Notes under the pieces: model-generated
Told to the model about the DNA's origin: nothing
What the model saw: only the letters and a program-made list of their open reading frames with translations
The model's database searches: none
Translations under genes and position numbers: made by a program
Origin: Stegostoma tigrinum
Lineage: Eukaryota
Direction: 5' to 3'
Assembly: GCF_030684315.1 (NCBI RefSeq)
Contig: NC_081391.1
Coordinates: forward strand, 22,900,629-22,964,628
DNA: 64,000 bases
In this document: in pieces, positions 49,189 to 61,717 of the stretch
How the letters are laid out: the number at the start of each line of letters is the position of its first letter
How positions within the stretch are numbered: position 1 is the stretch's first letter

Positions 49189-52100
49189 TGTTTAACGTGT
49201 TAGTCTCCTCGCAGCAAGAGCTTTCTTCAAAGGGCTAACCGCATCTTCTGAACTACTTTCAATCCCACTTTTCTCCAAGTGGGAATCGCCCATTCTGTTT
49301 GGATAGTAATTGAAGACAAACCCTCCATGTTGCTGAGTCCCTACATTTCTACTTACATGCTCAGTCTATTTCCTAGTGACCTGCCCATGCCTCAAGATGA
49401 CCAATTGAATTCCAGGCCTTTGGACTTGGGAGTCTCTATGGATCCTTCTCAAAATGGCCAGCCAGATTCCAACTCCAGAATCAGTTTTGTGCTTTCATCC
49501 AGACTGAGGCACTGTGAGCCCTACACACTAGCACTCAATAGAATGATCCCTGATCAAGGCTATGGTATTGAATCCAGGTTAAACTATGGGAAGATTTGGC
49601 CATCGAACATGTCCCATCTCCTACCTGCCCTTAGGATGACTTTTGAAGTAGACTGGGGGATTGTGCTTGGCTCAAAAGCAACATCTGCAGGGTTTTTGCT
49701 ATCGAGCAGCCTGGCTTTGAGGTTCTCTATTTCCACAAGTAATTCATTCACATCTGTTAAGTGTCCTCTTGTACCTTGGTCCACTGAGCTATTTCACTTA
49801 AATAGGATCTTTTAAAATTAAACTTCTCTCTGTAAAGAGTGTGGAACTCCAGTTGTGTGAATAAGCCACTGAAACAACAGAATGAAGACTGAGAACTGAT
49901 GTTTGATCTCCTGAATAAAGTCTACTTGAAATTGAGATTGTGTACAACTGTCATTCAATATAACTTTGGAGCTGTATAATTGTGGTGCTTTTTTTTCCCT
50001 CAAAGCCTCTTTGCATTGCAATCAATACAAGAGCCCATTCTTGTGAATGGAGTGTCAGCATAACCATGCTGATATCAGTGTGCACTAGTTTGAATTTTTT
50101 ACTTCTCAAACAACCCCTGTTCAAAGCCAAATTTAACACAAGTTAAACCAATAACATTGCAGTAGCAAAATGTAGCTTTGGACCTGCAACTCAGTTGCTG
50201 CTAGAATAAGCATGTTTGCAACTATGCAATTCCTTCCAAGTGAGGGATGAACGAATGACCTGCACATCAAGTGCAACTTCTGCTGCAGTAACGGATGAGT
50301 CTCAAGATGTGTCCTCCTATTCAGCTGGGTGGGGAAATGAGAAGAATGTGTAGTTTTTTTGGCTAGAGACAAATAATGCCTCAAAGGGCCTCCCTTTCCC
50401 CTAGTGTCTTGTCCCACACCAGCAAGCATTGAGCTGACTATCGAATGCATCAGCTGCCTGGCCAGCCTGAGACTGGAATGACCTTCACTCAAGTCACTCG
50501 CTGTGGGAGCGTTCACTAACTTGCATCCCTGTGATAAGTCGTAAATAATGAAGTCAGCAGTAGAGAGTTTGGAATCCCATTCTTTTCCTGCTGTGTGAAA
50601 GTTGCAACAGTCCACCAACTGCAATAAATCTGTACACCCCCTCAGAAGGGCATCTATACAGAGCATTCCAATGTCTGTAGAGGAATCTTGCATTTACTTA
50701 TTGATTCTCGGCAGTAATGGATGAGTCTCAAGATGTGTCCTCCTATCCAGCTCAGCTGGGTGGGGAAATACTCCAAGCCTTGGAGTATTTTGGGAAGGAG
50801 CTTTGTTCTTTCAGTGCAGAATATAACCCGCAGCTGTTGCTAGTGTTCTGGCTTTCTTTGATTTGAATGCCATCTTAGAATTTGACAGCTTTTTAGTTTT
50901 TGTCAAAAGCCAAATACTAGATGTTGGAAATCACAGCCAGCGATTTGCTGGAAAAACTCTGCAGGCCTGGCAGCATCTGTGGAGAGAAAACAGTTAATGT
51001 TTCAGTCAGGTCACATGGGAGGGAAATTGCAAGTTTTAAAGTATCTTTCACTCCTGTATCCTGAAGATTCTCTTCCTCTACCCTCCCTTACTGAAGTCTG
51101 CTGTCACTCTTCTGATTATTCTAATTATGAAGCTGTATGTCTCCAACTAACCATCGTGGTTTACTTTTGAGGTCTGGATTTCCTTTTTGTGAATTATTAT
51201 AACAATGCCCTCTTTTAGCTGCCTCTTCTGTCGTCGTCTATTTTTGTCTAAAAAATCAAACTACACTTAATCTCCCATAGATCAGTCCTTGATACTAGTC
51301 TTACCTTGGTCTTTAAAACATTGTTTAGATCAGAGTAATTCATTAACTGCTCAGGCACAGTGAGGTTAAATTCACTTCACTTCATTGCTGCATGTCTCCA
51401 GAATTTTGCACTACAACCTGTTCCAATATTTTGGTGCCCACCTTTTTAGTGCTGGTTCATCTTGAACCCAGCTCTGCCATTTGGTGTGGGGTTTCCCCCC
51501 CTCCCCCCTCCCCTCTCCTTTCTTGGGTTTCTCTTCCACCAAACATCTCTTTTTCTACATCTCTTTTTCTTCTTCTTTTCCCCCCACACTCTCTCTTCTC
51601 CCCCACGCGCCCCCCGGCCCAAAAAAAACTCTGCAGGGAAGGGAAGTTTTAACATTGTTTCTGGTATATTGGTTGTTTTCTCATTACATTACACTATGCT
51701 TCCCTGTCACCCCTCTCATTTTAACCCCCTCTTTATTTCCTTTTTCACTGGTTCCTGCTATCATTCCTTTTCGTGCTCTTTTCCACCTTCCACCCCTTCC
51801 CTAGGCTGGTCCACACAAGCTGTCGCTTCAGCAGAGGCCCATACTGATCACTGTAGCATGCAGGCCTGAGTTGGTAGACAATGAAATTGGCAAGCTGTTG
51901 CATTTTAAGCCCAATTTGACTTAGCTCCCACCCCACCATGTTCCTGCATGAAAGGGTAGCAGAAGCAGATTCAATTCCCGCTACCATTTATTTATTTCAA
52001 ACCTTCAGTATCGATAAGATAATTAAATCCAAGAACTGACAGGATGGACCTCATGGCCTTCTGGGTTCTCTCCACCTCAATCATGAGAGGAAGGATGCAC

Positions 52101-52214
52101 TCCTGTGTTGCTCCTTCTGTGACAGCCAGCACAGCAAGGATTCTGTCCCTTCCCCTGTAGGCCTTCCTCAGGAATCCTATCCTCCAGGGCACCCTGACCC
52201 ACTCTCATAAGGGT

Positions 52215-52855
52215 TTACAATATGGAAGCAGGCCCTTCAGCTCAGTTTGTCCATGCGCTCAGTTTCTCGTGACTAATCTAGCCATGCTTACCTGCACTTA
52301 GTCCAAATCCGCCCCGTTCATGTACCTGTCTAAATGATCACAATGACCTTGCATCCACTGTTACTTGCAGTGGCCTGTTCCAAACATTCACAATCTTCCC
52401 CCCCCCCCCCCCCCCCCCCCCCCCCCACCAGGTGGTGATGGGAATGCCCGCCAGATTTTTTTTTTTGGTATCTCTCCATCTCCCTCCAAACCTATGCCTC
52501 CTAGCTACAGGCTTCCCCCTACCAGTGGGGAAAAGCTGTCTGCTAACATACCTTATCAATGCCTATCCAGCCTCTCCTTATACCTCAAACCTTTCAGTCC
52601 CAATAGTATCTGAATAAATCTTTCTCTGCAGACTCTTTCTAATTTAATAACACCCTTTTTATAGAAGGGTGACCAGAACTGCCTGCAGTACTCCAAATGT
52701 GGCCTTACAGTATCTCGTACAGCTGCAACGAGTTGTTCCCACTCCCATCCTCAGTGATCTGACTGAAGACAATAAGCATGCTCTGAACCAACTCTGTCCT
52801 GTCTATTTTTGTGGCTCCACTTTCAAGAAGCTATGAAGCTGAATCCAGAGATCTT
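52215..52855 (-). mobile_element. CR1-type LINE 3' fragment, degraded, containing a poly-C run
   Basis: ccagaactgcctgcagtactccaaatgtgg is the reverse of the PHLEYCxQFW-coding motif; CR1 3' UTR at the left end. Confidence 0.7.
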
Positions 52856-54636
52856 TGATAACAAGGTGTACAGCTGGATGAACACAGCAGGCCAAGCAGT
52901 GTCAAAGGAGCAGGAAGGCTGATGCTTCGGGCCTAGACACTTCTTCATGAAATGGGGGAGGGGAAGAGGGTTCTGAAATAAACAGGGAGAGAGGGAGACG
53001 GATAAAAGATGGGTAGACGTGAAGATAGGTGGAGAGGAGACAGACAGGTCAAAGAGGCGGGGATGGAACCAGTAAAGGTGAGTGTAGTTGGGGAGGTAGG
53101 GAGGGGATGGGTCAGTCCAAGGAGGAGGGACAGGTCAAGGGGGTGGGATGAGGTTAGTAAGTAGGGGGTGGGCTTGAGGTGGGAGGAGAGGATAGGTGAG
53201 AGGAAGGGCAGGTTGGGGTGGCGGGGATGAGCTGGGCTAGTTTTGCGATATGGTAGGGGGAGGGGATATTTTTGAAGCTTGTGAAATCCACATTGATACC
53301 ATTGGGCTGCAGGGTTCCCAAGCGGAATATGAGTTGTTCCTGCAACCTTCGGGTGGCATTGTTGTGGCACTGCGGGAGGCCCAGGATGGACATGTCGTCT
53401 AGGAATGGGAGGGGAAGTTGAAATGGTTCATGACTGGGAGGTGCAGTTGTTTATTGCGAACCGAGCAGAGGTGTTCTGCAAAGCAGTCCCCAAGCCTCCA
53501 CTTGGTTTCCCTGATGTAGAGGAGGCCACAATGGGACCAGTGGAAGCAGTATACCACATTGGTGGATGTGCAGGTGCACATCTGCTTGATGTGGAAAGTC
53601 TTCTTGGGGCCTGGGATGGGGGTGAGGGAGGAGGTGTGGGGGCGAGGTGTAGCACTTCCTGTGGTTGCAGGGAAAAGTGCCGGGTGTGGTGGGGATGGAG
53701 GGGTGTGTGGAGCAGACAAGGGAGTCACGGAGAGAGTGGTCCCTTTGGGAAGCAGGTAAGAGTGGAGAGGGGAAAATGTCTTTGGTAGTGGGGTTGGATT
53801 GCAGGTGGCGGAAGTGTCGGAAGATGATGCGTTGGATCTGGAGGTTGGTGAGGGCGAGGGGGATTCTGTTTTGGTTGTTATTGTGGGGAGGAGGTGTGAG
53901 GGATGAGTTGCAAGAAATGTGGGAGACACGGTCTAGGGCATTCTCGAGATGTCCTGGAGTGGAATGCCTCATCCTGGGAGCAGATGTGGCAGAGGCGAAG
54001 GAATTGGGGATGGCATTTTTGCAGGAAGGTGGGTGGGAGGAGGTGTATTCTAGGTAGCTGTGGGAGTTGGTGGTCTTGAAATGGATATCTGTTTCTAGGT
54101 GGTTGCCAGAGATGGAGACAGAGAGGTCCAGGAAGGAGAGAGAGGTATTAGAGATGGCCCAGGTGAACTTAAGGTTGGGGTGGAAGGTGTTGGTGAAGTG
54201 GATGAACTGTTCAAGCTCCTCGTGGAAGCATGAGGTGGCACTGATACAGTCATTGATGTAACGGAGGAAGAGGTGGGGTTTAGGGCCAGCGTAGGTACGG
54301 AAGAGGGATTGTTCCACGTAACCTACAAAGGGGCAGGCATAGCTTGGGCCCATGTGGGATGAGGCATTCCACTCCCATACATCTCAGATGTCCTCGTTTT
54401 TCAACAACCACAGCTTCCCCCCCTCAATGGTTGAGAATGCCCTCGACCGTGTCTCCTGCATTTCCCGCAACTCATCCCTCACCCCCTCCCCGCAATAACA
54501 GCCAAAACAGAATCCCCCTTGTCCTCATGTACCACCCCACCAACCTCCAGATCCAACGCATCAACCTCCAACACTTACGCCATCTGCAATCCGAGCCCAC
54601 CACCCAAGACATTTTTCCCTCCCCACCCTTACTTGT
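52856..54636 (-). mobile_element. Older Neptune-type PLE (minus to about 54353) with an inverted plus segment
   Basis: Minus ORFs MGPSYACPFVG...RYIND and NVVYCFHWSHCGLLYIRET; frameshifted, catalytic YIDD changed to YIND. Confidence 0.9.
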
Positions 54637-57026
54637 CTAAGACCTTCAAAATTGACCTTGTCCCAATTTAGAGCTTTAACTCATGGACCAGACCAATCCT
54701 TTTCCAAGGCTACTTTACTTGAATTATGCTCACTAGTCCCGAAGTGCTCCCCCACTAACATGTCCATCACTCGCCCTGCCTTATTTCCCACATTTTTCCC
54801 CTTCTCGAGTAGGGCCTTTTACATACTGCATGAGAAATTCTACCCTGGACACACTTAACAAATTTCTCTCCATCCAAACCTTTAATAGTGTGACAGTCCC
54901 AGTCGATGTTTGGAAAGTTAAAATCCCCTATTATTACAACCTTGTTGTTCTTTCAGCTATCTGCAACCTCCTTCCATATCGGCAGCTCAATCCCCTGCTG
55001 TGGCTGCTGGGAGGTGGTGCTATTGTCCAGTGCTTTTACAGTGATCTCTCCCTTTTTATTTTTTAGTTCGACACATATAGGCTCAGTGGACGGACCCTTA
55101 AGCATATCTTCTCTCAGTATTGCCGGGATGTTCTCCCTAATTGAAAACATAACCCCTTACTTTCTACCCTTCCTTTAGCATCTGTGCCCTGGAACAATGA
55201 GCTGCCAGTCCTGTCCCTCTCTCAGCCGTGTTTCTGTAATAGCTATAATATCCCAGTTCCATGTTCCTATCCACACTGTGAGTTCATCTGTCTCACCTGT
55301 CAGGCCCCTTGCATTGAAACAAGTCCAGTTTAACCCTTTAAACTCCTCCCCCACTCTCAACACATCCCCACAATCACACAGCACTTCCTGCTGCAACAGC
55401 CCAAGGTGTAACAGCTGCCCATTCACCTCCTTCCGCCCAAATATCCAAGGCCCCCGACATACCTTCCTGGTGAAGCAGCACTTTGCACATTCTAGCCCAC
55501 TGTTTCCACGACTGTAACTCCTGTCAATGTGGTCTCCCTCTACATTGGGGAGACAGAGTGCAGACTGGGTAATACTCTGTTCACAAAACAAAAGACCCTG
55601 AGCTTCCAGTTGCTTGCCACTTTAACACTCCACCCTGTTCCCTGGCCAAAACATCTCTCAGGCTTGCTTGCAGTGCTCCAGCAAAGCTAGCACAGGCTGG
55701 AAAGAACAACATTTCCTTTTCTGCTTGGGGATCCTGCAATGTTCAATCCTCTTGGGGCCTGAGCGCCTTCTCCCATGTCCTTACCCGGGGCCCACAAACC
55801 AGACCTTGTCATTACATGAGTCACTATTAGTACCAACTCTTGTCAGCCAGTAATGGCCCTCGTTAGCAGCTAACAATTCTCCCAGGGTGAACTTTACCAA
55901 CTTCTTTGTCTGACTGACTTTCTCCCTGAGCTCCATCTCCATATTTTATTTACTCCTCCACCCTCCCCACACATATACCAACCTTTTCCTAGCTCAGAAG
56001 AAGGGTTGCTGGACCTGATACATTAATTCTGCTTTCATTGCGCAGATGCTGCCAGACCTGTTGAGGTTTCTCCAGCAAATTCTGTTTTTGTTGTGGATAG
56101 GATTTTTCAATCTCAACCCATTGCAAATGTATCTACCAGAAAGCCAAGGATAGAGCTGGAGGTAATCTTCACATATTCTGTGAACATTGTCACACTGTAA
56201 ATGAGCAGAATTACCTTGTGAACTTTAGCTCACATCTATTATAAGCCCTCAGGTCAAAGATGAAACTGAGCGGACATATTTTAAGAAGTTTCCATTTTGG
56301 AACAAATGAGAATTATTTTCTGAGGATCGTTATTGTGTGGAATCCTCTGCCCCAGACATTAGTGGAGACCGGGTCTTTCAACTTTAGGCTGCTGTAGACA
56401 TATTTTTGAAGGTTGAGAGATTTGTGCGGTACAGCCAGGAAAGTGAAACTATTACCATGACCAGATCAGTCCTGGTCTTGTCGATTGGTGGAACAGGATT
56501 GAAGGGCTGAATGGCCAAATTCTGCTCCAACATCCTAACTTCCTTTGTACACAGTAGAAATAGACATCTTCTCATCCAAGTGAGTTTTTAACTCTCTCTC
56601 TCTCTCTCTCTTTGAGTGAATCCCCAGCACACTAGTGAATTTGAAGGGGACACAAAACTTTTACATTTCCTATCCCCTAGAGGATAGGAAGCTACTGTGA
56701 TTGTGTTTTTAGGTTATCCTCTGCATTAACCGTTGAACATTCCTGCTCAGGGAGAATTTGAAAACACAGATTATTTCTTCCAAGTAGCTCTGATAAGCAG
56801 CCATTTACTGAATGGGTTGCTTAGCAGTGTTCAATGAAAGTGTGACCCGGATCCTAAGCAATGCTTTTTCTCCCTGCTTTGGTTTTATCACTTGTCTGTG
56901 ATGGTGCAACTTTAAACCATTAGACAGCCCATTTGTAACCACATTTCAGAGAAAACGAGTGAGTGTGTAAAAACTGCAGCTCATGTTGTTTGTGTGACAG
57001 CAGCTCCAATAAAAAGCAGCAGCTAG

Positions 57027-58234
57027 ATTTTAACCTCACTGCGAAGCCTCTTCCAGGGATGCCTAACCTGAAGAAGTTACCCTCCTCCCTCCGGACCAAC
57101 CTCAGGGAATCTCTCTCCCATTGCAACTCTCTTGTACTCTCCATCTTCGGTCCGCCTCCCCCTCTCTCCCTATTTATTCCAGTTCCCTCCCCCCATCCCC
57201 CTCTCTGATGAAGGGTCTAGGCCCGAAACGTCAGCTTTTGTGCTCCTGAGATGCTGCTTGGCCTGCTGTGTTCATCCAGCCTCACATTTTATTATCTTGG
57301 AATCTCCAGCATCTGCAGTTCCCATTATCTCTGATACTATTTTAACCTCACTGCGAAGCCTCTTCCAGGGATGCCTAACCTGAAGAAGTTACCCTCCTCC
57401 CTCCGGACCAACCTCAGGGAATCTCTCTCCCATTGCAACTCTCTTGTACTCTCCATCTTCGGTCCGCCTCCCCCTCTCTCCCTATTTATTCCAGTTCCCT
57501 CCCCCCATCCCCCTCTCTGATGAAGGGTCTAGGCCCGAAACGTCAGCTTTTGTGCTCCTGAGATGCTGCTTGGCCTGCTGTGTTCATCCAGCCTCACATT
57601 TTATTATCTTGGAATCTCCAGCATCTGCAGTTCCCATTATCTCTGATACTATTTTAACCTCACTGCGAAGCCTCTTCCAGGGATGCCTAACCTGAAGAAG
57701 TTACCCTCCTCCCTCCGGACCAACCTCAGGGAATCTCTCTCCCATTGCAACTCTCTTGTACTCTCCATCTTCGGTCCGCCTCCCCCTCTCTCCCTATTTA
57801 TTCCAGTTCCCTCCCCCCATCCCCCTCTCTGATGAAGGGTCTAGGCCCGAAACGTCAGCTTTTGTGCTCCTGAGATGCTGCTTGGCCTGCTGTGTTCATC
57901 CAGCCTCACATTTTATTATCTTGGAATCTCCAGCATCTGCAGTTCCCATTATCTCTGATACTATTTTAACCTCACTGCGAAGCCTCTTCCAGGGATGCCT
58001 AACCTGAAGAAGTTACCCTCCTCCCTCCGGACCAACCTCAGGGAATCTCTCTCCCATTGCAACTCTCTTGTACTCTCCATCTTCGGTCCGCCTCCCCCTC
58101 TCTCCCTATTTATTCCAGTTCCCTCCCCCCATCCCCCTCTCTGATGAAGGGTCTAGGCCCGAAACGTCAGCTTTTGTGCTCCTGAGATGCTGCTTGGCCT
58201 GCTGTGTTCATCCAGCCTCACATTTTATTATCTT
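57027..58234 (+). repeat. 312-bp tandem array (about 3.9 copies) of an internally deleted PLE derivative, one hammerhead per unit
   Basis: Identical 83-aa ORFs start at 57132, 57444 and 57756, and the same frame opens again at 58068; units look identical by eye. Confidence 0.96.
57203..57234 (+). ncRNA. Minimal type I hammerhead ribozyme motif (cores also start at 57517, 57829 and 58141, and occur in other young PLE tails)
   Basis: CUGAUGA, extra A, stem II GGGU/GCCC with CUAG loop, GAAA, C, GUC; predicted cleavage after 57232. Stem III is reduced to the palindrome ACGU and stem I is only about 2 bp. Confidence 0.7.
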
Positions 58235-60019
58235 AGATCACAGCGTGGCGCTTTTGGATCGAGCCTTCTCTGTGGTTGACTTGAGGGCTATTTATTTTCA
58301 ACGTCCTGACAGCTCCTCTGAAACTCTTCTCTTTGTGGAGTAACCAGATGGACCCGGTTCTGCTGAAGTCATCACAAGCCTCTAAAAACGATATACTTAG
58401 TCCGACCAGGGAAGGATAATTTTTTTGAAGGGTTTGCAAAGTCAGGAATCAGACGATGACAGGTTATAGTCCAAGAGGTTTATTTGAAAACACAAGCTTT
58501 CGGAGCCTAGCCCCTTTGTCAGGAGCAGGGTTTCAGAGAGAGACAGAGACTCTTGTTTCTGCTCTCTGCATATGACCCTTGAGGCAAAATGTCTGTTAGT
58601 GGTATAAATCAGTTCGTCTGAGGAATAATACCCTTCCCTTTTACTTTTGTCTTGGGCTGGAGTATACAACAGCAAAGCTCTTGGATTCAAGCTATCTACG
58701 GTGCAGAAGCAAGCCATTTGGCCCATCATGCTCATGCCAGCTCTTAGAAAGAACTAACACACTCGCTTGGACTCCTTCCCACTCGTCTCTGCACATTTTC
58801 TCCCTTTAAAGATATATCCAGTTCCCTTTACATTACATCTCCTTCTGAGTCTCTTACTCTGCTCGCTGTTATTTGTATCTTGCAGTTTATGACTGTATGC
58901 TAATTTCTGGGTGGACTATCAAGCCTCCTTCCTCAGTCCAAAGTTTGAAGCCTCTGCTGCTTGATTTTTGGGGTACTTTTTTCTAAATTCAGTCACAGAA
59001 TCTGGACATCACTGGCCAGGCAGCATTTATTGCCCATCCCTAATTGCCCAGGGGGCAGTTAAGAGTCAACCACATTGCCGTGGGTCTGGAGTCACATGTA
59101 GGCCAGACTAGGTAAGGAGGGCAGTTTCCTTCCCTAAAGGACATTAGTGACCCAGATGGGTTTTTCCAACAATTGACACCAGTTTCATGGTCATCATTAG
59201 TCTCCTAATTTTTAATGGAATCCGCCATCTGCCAGGGCAGAATTTGAACCCAGGGTACGGGTCATTACTGGGAGTTTCTGGATTAATAGTCTAGTGATAA
59301 TACTACGAGGCCGTCACGTTCTTGGGGACAAAATTCGCAAGGAGGCTGAGGATACAGGGTATGTCCTGAGGCAGAATGTGATCCGTGCACCAATCATGGA
59401 GTTGGAAGAGTGACATTGCAGAAATATTGATCCAAGGTTTTGAATTGGGCATAAATAACATGGGAGCCATGAGCTGTTTGCATCCCCAAGTGATGGACTT
59501 GGCAGAAATACAAAGCACACTTTATTAGGCAGTTGACAGTTACACAAGTGACATATCAGACAATACAACTGTATGAGGTAAGCCCAAAGTATGGGAAAGA
59601 GAAACTTCAGCTGTAAGTGGGGGGGGGAGGTGGGATTTAAAGGGACCTGAAACGTCAGCTTTCCTGCTCCTCTGATGCTGCTTGGCCTGCTGTGTTCATC
59701 CAGGTCTGCACCTTGTTATCTCAGATTCCAGCATCGGCAGTTCCTACTATCTCCGAAAGGCAGAGTAGTCATTTTTGGTTTGTTTGTTATTTATTGGTTT
59801 ACCCTTGGCCAGTTCCAGTTTTGTTCTGTTTCTCGTGATGATTTAAGTTCTTTTTAAGCAACCTTGACTAGTCTCAGAGCTGTGCACAGGGCCACTATCT
59901 ACGTTGCTCTAAGGACAAGGAGCCACCAGAAAAGATGCAGAGGGGATTTCAAAGGATCGTGTCAGAAACTGGAGATTCTAATGACCCAACTGGGCCCATT
60001 TCTCTAGAGCCGAGTGGGG

Positions 60020-60592
60020 ACATAGAACATAGAACATTACAGCGCAGTACAGGCCCTTCGGCCCTCGACCTGTGAAACCAATCTGAAGCCCATCTAACCT
60101 ACACTATTCCATTATCATCTATATGTTTATTCAATGACCATTTAAATCCCCTTAAACTTGGTGAGTCTACTACTGTTGCAGGCAGGGCATCCCACGCCCT
60201 TACTACTCTCTTAGTAAAGAACCTATCTCTGACATCTGTCCTATATCTATCACCCCTCAATTTAAAGCTATGTCCCCTCATGCTAGCCATCACCACAAGA
60301 GAAAAAAGGATCTCACTGTCCACCCTATCTAATCCTTTGATCATCTGGTATGTCTCTATTAAGCCATTTCTTAACCTTCTTCTCTCTAACGAAAACAGAC
60401 TCAAGTCCCTCAGCCTTTCCTCATAAGACCTTCCCTCCAGACCAGGCACTATTCTGGTAAATCTCCTCTGCACCCTTTCCAATGCTTCCATGTCCTTCTT
60501 ATAATGCGGCGACCAGAACTGTACGCAATACTCCAAGTGTGGCTGCACCAGGGTTTTGCACAGCTGCATCATGACCTCATGGCTCCGAAACT
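60020..60592 (-). mobile_element. CR1-type LINE 3' fragment with (TTCTATG)n tail
   Basis: Minus ORF LVQPHLEYCVQFWSPHYKKDMEALERVQRRFTR...; the same tail family occurs at about 29059-29175 in ATP5MF intron 2. Confidence 0.92.
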
Positions 60593-61717
60593 CACATAAC
60601 GGAGGCCTTGCACCTTATAGAGGAGATTGGTAGGGGCAAACAGAGAAAATCATTTCATTTGTGAATAGTTGAAAGCTTCACAAGGACATGATTACAAGGC
60701 AGCCAATTATCAATCGAGTCAGAAATTCTGAAGAAAATTCTTCACTCTGGCAGTGAGCGAGATGTGGAACTCATTCCCATAGGGTCAAGGTCAGCTGTAT
60801 AGATGACGAATTTGGATCAACATGAGGGAGAATGGAATCAGACTTTTTCAGATGGGGTCAGCTGAAGTGGAGGATGCAAAAAGGCTTGTGGGGAGCTTAA
60901 ACACCAGCATAGAGCAATTGGGCTGAATGGCCTGCAAATGGTCCTCTTTTAAGTTGAGTTTAGAAACTTGGATTCCATTTTTGAAGCCTCTTTCTGAAGT
61001 CAGGCAACAGATTTGCGAAACAGGGCAGTAAGAACAAGACTGCATATCTATAGCATCTTTCACAGTTTCAGGATGCCCTAATGCAGTAGGGTTAATGTGT
61101 AGTCTTTTGTTGATGTTCAGATACTTGCATGGGGACAATCTGATGGCCAGTCTATTAATTCTGGTCAGGGCTGTCAGGGAGTGGGGAATAGAGCAGGAAG
61201 GGCGCGGGAATCTTCAGATTTGAGCCAGTCTATCCAGAGATTCTTGTCAAGAAGCGCACAGAGGACAGTGGGAATATGGAAATCTCTCCCTATGAAAGCT
61301 TGGATCTGAGATTGAATCCCAATTGGAAATTTTAATGCAGAGATTTTAGCTATTCATTAGGGTCAAAATCATTATAATCCCGGAGGACCACTCTCTCATC
61401 AGAGAGAAACGCCAGGTGGGGGTTTAACCCGAGGGTCACCACACCTCAGATGAGGGGAGAGGTTGTTTGGATCCATGTAGTGGCATTACTACCTTCCATT
61501 AGAGAGAGAGATGGATAAAGGTGTTGAGAATTCCACAAGTGAGACAGGTAGATGGTACGCAGATCAGCGACGATCTAGTAAAATGGTGGCTGAACTGGTT
61601 CAAGGGGCCAATTGTCTGTCCCTAAGTTCTGCTACTGTCATCTATTGAAGGCTTGCTTGAGAACACACAAAGATAAGATGATGGGTACCTCAGGAGTAAC
61701 TCATTCTGGTGAATGGC

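Noticed and set aside
49279-49815. 178-aa plus-strand ORF after the galectin stop
   Set aside because: Non-ATG start, no recognisable domain, lies in the likely 3' UTR before AATAAA at 49914.
50133-50693. 186-aa minus-strand ORF
   Set aside because: No recognisable domain or splice context; probably chance.
52397-52426. Poly-C run giving poly-Pro or poly-Gly ORFs
   Set aside because: Homopolymer inside a decayed CR1; its length may be a sequencing artefact.
57027-58234. CRISPR array, or a stop-free rolling-circle ORF since 312 is divisible by 3
   Set aside because: Units have no variable spacers and the DNA is eukaryotic; all three plus-strand frames contain a stop within the unit.
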